Below, piece by piece: positions 57,849 through 64,000 of a stretch of 64,000 nt of DNA. Under the pieces are notes generated by a model. It worked only from the letters and a program-made list of their open reading frames with translations, was not told the DNA's origin and made no database searches. The DNA lies in contig OZ024742.1 in NCBI GenBank assembly GCA_964016885.1, positions 216,504,001 through 216,568,000 of the forward strand. The letters run 5' to 3'. The position numbers and the translations under genes are program-made. The DNA is from Eledone cirrhosa (lineage: Eukaryota). The stretch's first letter is position 1; the number at the start of each line of letters is the position of its first letter.

Positions 57849-58440
57849 ACAATGGCTGGGTGGATGAATGCATGCATGGCTGGATGGATAGATGGATGGC
57901 TGGAAGTATAAATAGAAAAGAGAAACAAGTTTGGAATAAATGGTTTGGCAGATGGATAAATTGGATTGGGTGAAATTCTGAAACGCATAGCGATGCAAAT
58001 GTCTGTGTGATTGAAATAGACTCAAAGCTTCGAAAGGGGAATAATTTATGAGCTAGAAGTCAACAAAAGATTTAAATAATGGATTCCGGGAGTGTGAGAG
58101 AAAGAGGGGATAGAAACGGAGATAGCAAAATAGAATGAAACGGAGATAGGGAGACGGGAAAAAATAAACACCCATTACTAATACATGCAGAAAGAGAAGT
58201 AGAAAAGTATAAACTAGCAAATATCAAGTGTTTACTGCAGAAGAAGCTGGCTTTATTTGCGTTTGAATGAGGACATAAAAGTTGGCAGTTTTAATCACCA
58301 TAAAAAAATATGAAATGAAAGTTGTTAATGGAAAAGATCGAGGCATTATAGTGTTGTTGTTTTTTGTTTTCTTTTACTGTATGTTTTTCTTCTTTCTTTT
58401 CATTCATTTTCTTGTTTCCTTCTCTGTCGTCTATTTGCAG

Positions 58441-58513
58441 GAAACCATAGAGCTACTCAACCAATCTTCTATAACCGTTGTGGTCTGTTACTGGAAATTG
58501 TACCAGGTGCTTG
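58441..58513 (+). other. Candidate internal exon (73 nt)
   Basis: Long polypyrimidine tract + ttgcag acceptor, TTG|gtaagt donor; open in two frames; no recognisable homology. Confidence 0.3.
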
Positions 58514-60771
58514 GTAAGTGCCCATAGTCATTTGTTATATATTTTTCTTTCTTTGATTTCGTCTATATTTCTCTTCTTTCATTGGATTATCTATCTTGAA
58601 TATATAATTCGCTAATATTGTTATTGATAAAGTTTTCGATTTTGTTTAGCAACAGGTTATACTTAACCGAGTAGACGTTCTAGACATGACAATCACAAAA
58701 TTCTGTGTCTCAGAGACTACTTTGTCCAATGCGTCACTCTTTATTTAATACCGGATAGTGAAATCTTTATTGGTGATAATCTGGCTATTATTTTTACCAG
58801 AACGGATTGCCAAGTAAAGGTACTTGTTTTTGTGTGGCGTATATGTACATATAAGCGTCTATGTATGTGTATTTGTGTACATTGTGTATTTTAACTAGCT
58901 ATTTTACGTCCATGAGATACACAAGTAACATTGAATGATTTGTTTCTGAGAACCACATCGACTATACATACAAACGTTTGATCCAGTTGTAAACTTGAGT
59001 ATATCTTGTTACCATTTTGATAATTAGGTGACGGGATGAGATATTCATTTCTGTAATTTTGCAAATTATTAGTCGCAAGTCTCAACGTCAATATTCCAGA
59101 ATTGAACTGAGTCTTATGTTGCTGTAGAAATACTGTAAATTCTTATCTTGCTGAAAACAAATATTTATATGAATACTTCAAGCCCTTATCATTCTATATT
59201 GCCCAGAATCATCTTAATTACTTTTTCCATTGTTTTAACTCTAAGAATTCAACCAAGAATTATAGACTTTATATACACCATCCAATGATAGGTAATACAT
59301 TAACGCCTACACTCCGACATAAGGATGAAGCATATCCTTGCTTTTTATATCCCTTAAGTCATAGTCTACCGCAAAAAAAGTAAAGTTTAGTTGATGTCGT
59401 CCTAGATAGACCATATCAGATTTATGAAAAAAAGAATACCTTGATGCAGGGTTTTCTGAAACAGGCGTAGCCCGAGGCTAAATAACGATAACAACAACTG
59501 TAATTTAAACAATCAGTTCTGTTCCATACACCTGAAAATAACACATTCACATTTCGTAAAACAACGTGTGATTTGTAGGCAAAAATATTAAAGTCACTGC
59601 AGAAACGGCTTTTCCAGTCTAAGTAATAAAATTCTATGTTTGAAATTCTCCTCATGTTCATCCCATCTTTATATGTCACTCAAGATAACTGTTCGTCAAT
59701 GAGTATATTTGAATATCCCCGAATTCTAAATTTCAGGCTAAACACTAACACTAGCGAGTATTGATTATGGTAAATTTACCTATATATACACTCAAATACT
59801 AAATCACATTATCAGACATCTATTGATTTCTTTCATAGATAAAATCGGATACTTATACTTCAAAATGGCCAGATATTATAACTTATTGTAATAGTTACAA
59901 TAATCCACTCCTATCAAAAGAATCCACAGAGTCGGAACTCACTTTTTGTTTCAGTAGTGATATGTTGTTTTGATGATGTTTCGCATTTGATCGACACTGA
60001 ACTAATGAATATATGACCAAAGGCTTTACATCTATGGTCATCCCATCTTATTTTTAGGCAGAGCCTATCAAAGAAATACAGTATCTCATATAGCTTTAAC
60101 GTTTTTCTAAGATGCTATTTAAGTGATATTTAGCTGCAATTTCTAGCAAAAGGTTGTCTCGTCGGCTTGTAAATTGTTATCGCTATTGTTTCTTTGGCCA
60201 TGAACAACGGCCGAACGTAATGGTATGAAGGGAAAAAGACCTGTCAACTTTAGGATAGTTCTAATATGCCATCTGCATGGTTGAAAGCAATATCCAATTT
60301 AACGCCACTTTTGAATTCGTTTAACGGAGATGATTCTCATGTAAGTATACTAGTCGAATTCTCTAACTTGATATGTTATTACCTTTTTATTAGTTAGGGT
60401 ATTTTCTCCCTTATTTCCGTCATTTTTGCCAAACTCGCAAAAGAAGGTCATGGTTGATGCCTTTCCATTTCTAAAGAATACATTTCTATTAAAAAAAACT
60501 TTTAATATTTAAAACTTCTGCAAGATGCAATACAATTTTATGGGGGAACATTAGAAACTAATATATGCATAAAGCATTTGGTGTAAGAAAAGATATCAGT
60601 CGGTGAATAATTTTCTTTTTCCATTTTTTTTACGAATATTTAAAATTTATTAAATTATAATCCATGAATTGTTTAGAATTGTATATAAATATAAAGTTTT
60701 ATGGCTAATACAGGAGCATGTTTTGAAAGCTAACATAGCGAACAACTGTGCTGACCAGATATTAATTACAT

Positions 60772-60954
<183 letters not shown>

Positions 60955-61549
60955 TGTGTGTGTGTGTGTATTTATATAGTGCCTTTTTTCTTTTCATACC
61001 TTGTCTCTCTTCCTTCTCTTATCGACTCCTACTTCTTCATCATCACCCACTGTTTTCTAAAGTAAATCCATTATCCACTAAATACTTTATACAATAATCT
61101 ACCCATCAAAGTTATTTTCTTTCCATCACCATCGCCATCACCATCGTATATATTACCGCCTGCCACCACAATCACCACCCACAAGCAGAAATTTAGTGAA
61201 TCGCTTCATTTGATTCACTTCATCCACTACCATTTTACTGTTTCTTTATTAATGCCTACTTCAACTCTATCATCAGCATCATGATCATCGTATATACCAT
61301 ACTCATTGCTTTTTTTCTTACTTTTTCTTCTCGTTTCTCTTTTCATAGCTCCCTTCTTTCCCCCCTTACACACTCATTTAAAACTAGCTAACCCCCGCCA
61401 CTGAATTTTCCCCTATTTATACTGCCTCCGTTATCGAAACTCCACAATAAGAAGTCTCACCACAGCCAAAATAAATGAATATTTAAATTCTACTTTGATA
61501 TTGAGTACATATTCTCACACCCGTCAATAATACATGTATATATAAATAT

Positions 61550-61688
<139 letters not shown>

Positions 61689-61704
61689 CGTATGCGTGTG
61701 TGTG

Positions 61705-61920
61705 AAGGTTCTTGGCTTACTGGTTAGATCACCGGATTTTCAATAGTAAGGCTGTGGCTTAGATTCTTGGACCGGGATTTGGGCTGTGTTCTTCAGCAAA
61801 ACACTTTATTTCACGTTGCTCAGATTTACTCAGCTGTAGAAATGAGTTGCAATGTCACTGGTACCAAGCTCCATCGGCCTTTGCCTTTCCTTTGGACAAC
61901 ATCAGTGATGTGGAGTTTTC
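61705..61920 (+). mobile_element. Third SINE family (tRNA head + CORE-like body), degenerate
   Basis: tggcttactggttaga...gtgttcttcagcaaaacactttatttcacgttgctc..actcagctgtagaaatgag. Confidence 0.55.
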
Positions 61921-62164
61921 CCTTACACACGCATATATAGAAAGAGATAGATAAATTGATTGATTGATGCGGTACAGCAGTACTGGGATATAAAAATGTA
62001 CATTGAGTAACCATGTCAGATTTACATATTTCCAAGTAAATTGAAAACAATGTGTATATCCTAAATCATGTTTCGACCGTTATTCGATAGTCATCAGAAT
62101 CTTTTTTACATCATCCATAGGGATATACGTAACTAATTGTTTTATAAATCCTATGTAAGTAAAT

Positions 62165-63930
62165 TTAATAAACGTAACACCACCATAAATGAAACTTAAG
62201 TGTCTGTGTGCCTCGTGGTCCCGGCCCACAGTATGGAGAAGACATTCTCCCCGAGGATGGCGTGTAAAACGCGCTGGAACAGCCACTCCAAATTGTGTGG
62301 CTCGCACCTACGGACAACCAAATCAGCTCCAATAGGAGTAAGCAAGGATGTGGCCCGGGGACTAAGAACACTGGAAGTCTCTACTGCCACAGGCTCACTA
62401 CAAACCCAGCAGAGAGCGGCAGATAATTTGACAGTTTTCCCTTTTCAGCCTGGCAGGCAGCAAAGTGTAGGCTGCTAGGCGAACGCACTAGGTTATTGCT
62501 AGAGAAGGTGTCATAACATGTAACATTCCAGATTAGAGGCCTACCCCCGCGGAACGGGAATATAGTCATGCCATCTGGCCTTTTGCCGTCTTCTCAGTCC
62601 AGCCCCGCTGGCTCGAGCTGGGAATGGAAACCTTCCCTGTCATGGCCATGCATTATGATCTCGTTGAAAGCAAGATGGTGTAGGAGGCGGCCAACACAAT
62701 AAGGGCATGGTGGAGACGGAAAGAATACCAACACAGCAACATCTGTGAATCTCAGAGATCCAGAGGCCGAACCTCAGGGAAATACAAGCAATCACTATCC
62801 AAATGAGTCCCAGTCGAAAATGCTGGTACTGTGTGAACCAGGCGCCACTGTGGTTATTGGAAAGCCGAGCGAAAACATGCCAGACAGTGTTAGTTGAACC
62901 AGCTGTCTATGGTCATGTTGCACTGGATAGAATCCCATTTGTTTTGGAGGAACCCTGTTGATAAAGACATCAACAGGGTTCTCCGACGGAAGAAATATCT
63001 GCAGGGCCAGTAAGACAGGAGAGCGGACACCGAGGCTGGCTGTCATATCTGACGGGTAAAGTGGTCTGTTGGCAACCGCTTTCATCAAACCAGACATTGC
63101 ATATCTTCTCGGCAACCCGTCGGATGCAGACGTCGAGATATGCGAGGGGAGATGCTTGGCTTTAGCAGAGGGCACTACGAAAAATGTATAAGAACTTCGG
63201 CATGGTAAAATATTTCCTTAACAGAAAGAGTGCCGGGCGAGCGTTGAACAGGTTCAGAGTTTCTAGCAGGTGAAGTCTGGACCTGAAGCTAGCGCGAATG
63301 GCAAGCCGTTGTTTTTCAGTGAACCGAGGATGATGATGTCTTCTGTAGAGTTTGCCTGCACCTGAGTAATGCTCGCATGCCTGAGGCGGAGGCCACGATA
63401 TCCTTTGCGTCATATTGAGGTTTGCGACCTTCGATTAGTTGAAATCGAAGCTGATCCTCGACAGAGGGGAATCACTGATCGGAGATTATGACAGACACTG
63501 TCTGCAGAGATGCCTATCGTCGCATCGTCCAGGAATCAGATGTTGAGTGGGGTGGTGATGCTCAGAGTAACGTCGTCTATCTCGAGAGCGAAAAGAAGGT
63601 GGCCTAAAGGATTGTCCTGATGGACGCTGGTTGGTATGACCCTGTCAGCAGCGAGGAGCATGCTTGGAGATCCATACGGGGAACGGCTGAATCACGCCTT
63701 GATCAAGTAGTCGCGGCGTAGACAGTTGAAGGCATTTCTCATGTCAAGCTTAGTGATGACATACCTGGAATCACTGGGAGGACAGTCGTTGATGAACTGT
63801 CTAGCGGCCCCCTCGCACCCACTGGTAACGCCGACCCCTAGCTGAACAGGTCTTCCTGGCCTAGTTCAAGTGCGACAGAATTGCAGATGACCTTGGCTGC
63901 GAGCCTCCGGAAGATATTTCCAAAGTTAAG
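62165..63930 (-). mobile_element. CRE-clade RLE non-LTR retrotransposon, decayed
   Basis: PVQLGVGVTSGCEGA, KLDMRNAFN, QDNPLGHLLF, FLDDAT (RT); RHL...EII..EPAGL...RPDGMTIFPF..GRPLIWNVTC.DT; AVETSSVL (RLE). Confidence 0.88.
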
Positions 63931-64000
63931 ACATGGGAGGACTTTAGGGTTAAACTGAAATCCAACTTCAGATCAGCAAATAACGTGTTCTTCAGCCCAA

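Noticed and set aside
62066-62100. Minus-strand CUGAUGA..GUCGAAACAUG hammerhead-like string
   Set aside because: Lacks U16.1 and stem I pairing; too degenerate to call.

Overview
This is AT-rich, microsatellite-dense animal genomic DNA, almost entirely intergenic or intronic. The dominant tRNA-derived SINEs resemble those typical of octopus/coleoid cephalopod genomes (inference from recall, no search run). No intact host gene is recognisable, and most ORFs in the track are microsatellite artefacts. The window is a transposon graveyard: Penelope-like elements (PLEs; RT + GIY-YIG), R4/Dong-like and CRE-like RLE LINEs, RTE LINEs (one with a twin-priming-type 5' inversion), an RTE-related non-autonomous element with (TGTA)n tails in tandem copies, Helitrons (one possibly carrying a 3.3-kb 108-bp minisatellite), mariner relics, MITEs and SINEs. 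The most striking pattern is a hidden hammerhead-ribozyme (HHR) system in the (TA)n tracts. About ten HHR or half-HHR motifs from several families are present, with stem II covariation among PLE copies, a U4A core variant, a G5A variant and very long stem II inserts. A series of short non-coding head-to-head foldback elements have their hairpin apex inside the ribozyme itself, and many of these inserts share an ATTGAGTAC-like motif 30-60 nt before their 3' junction with the microsatellite.
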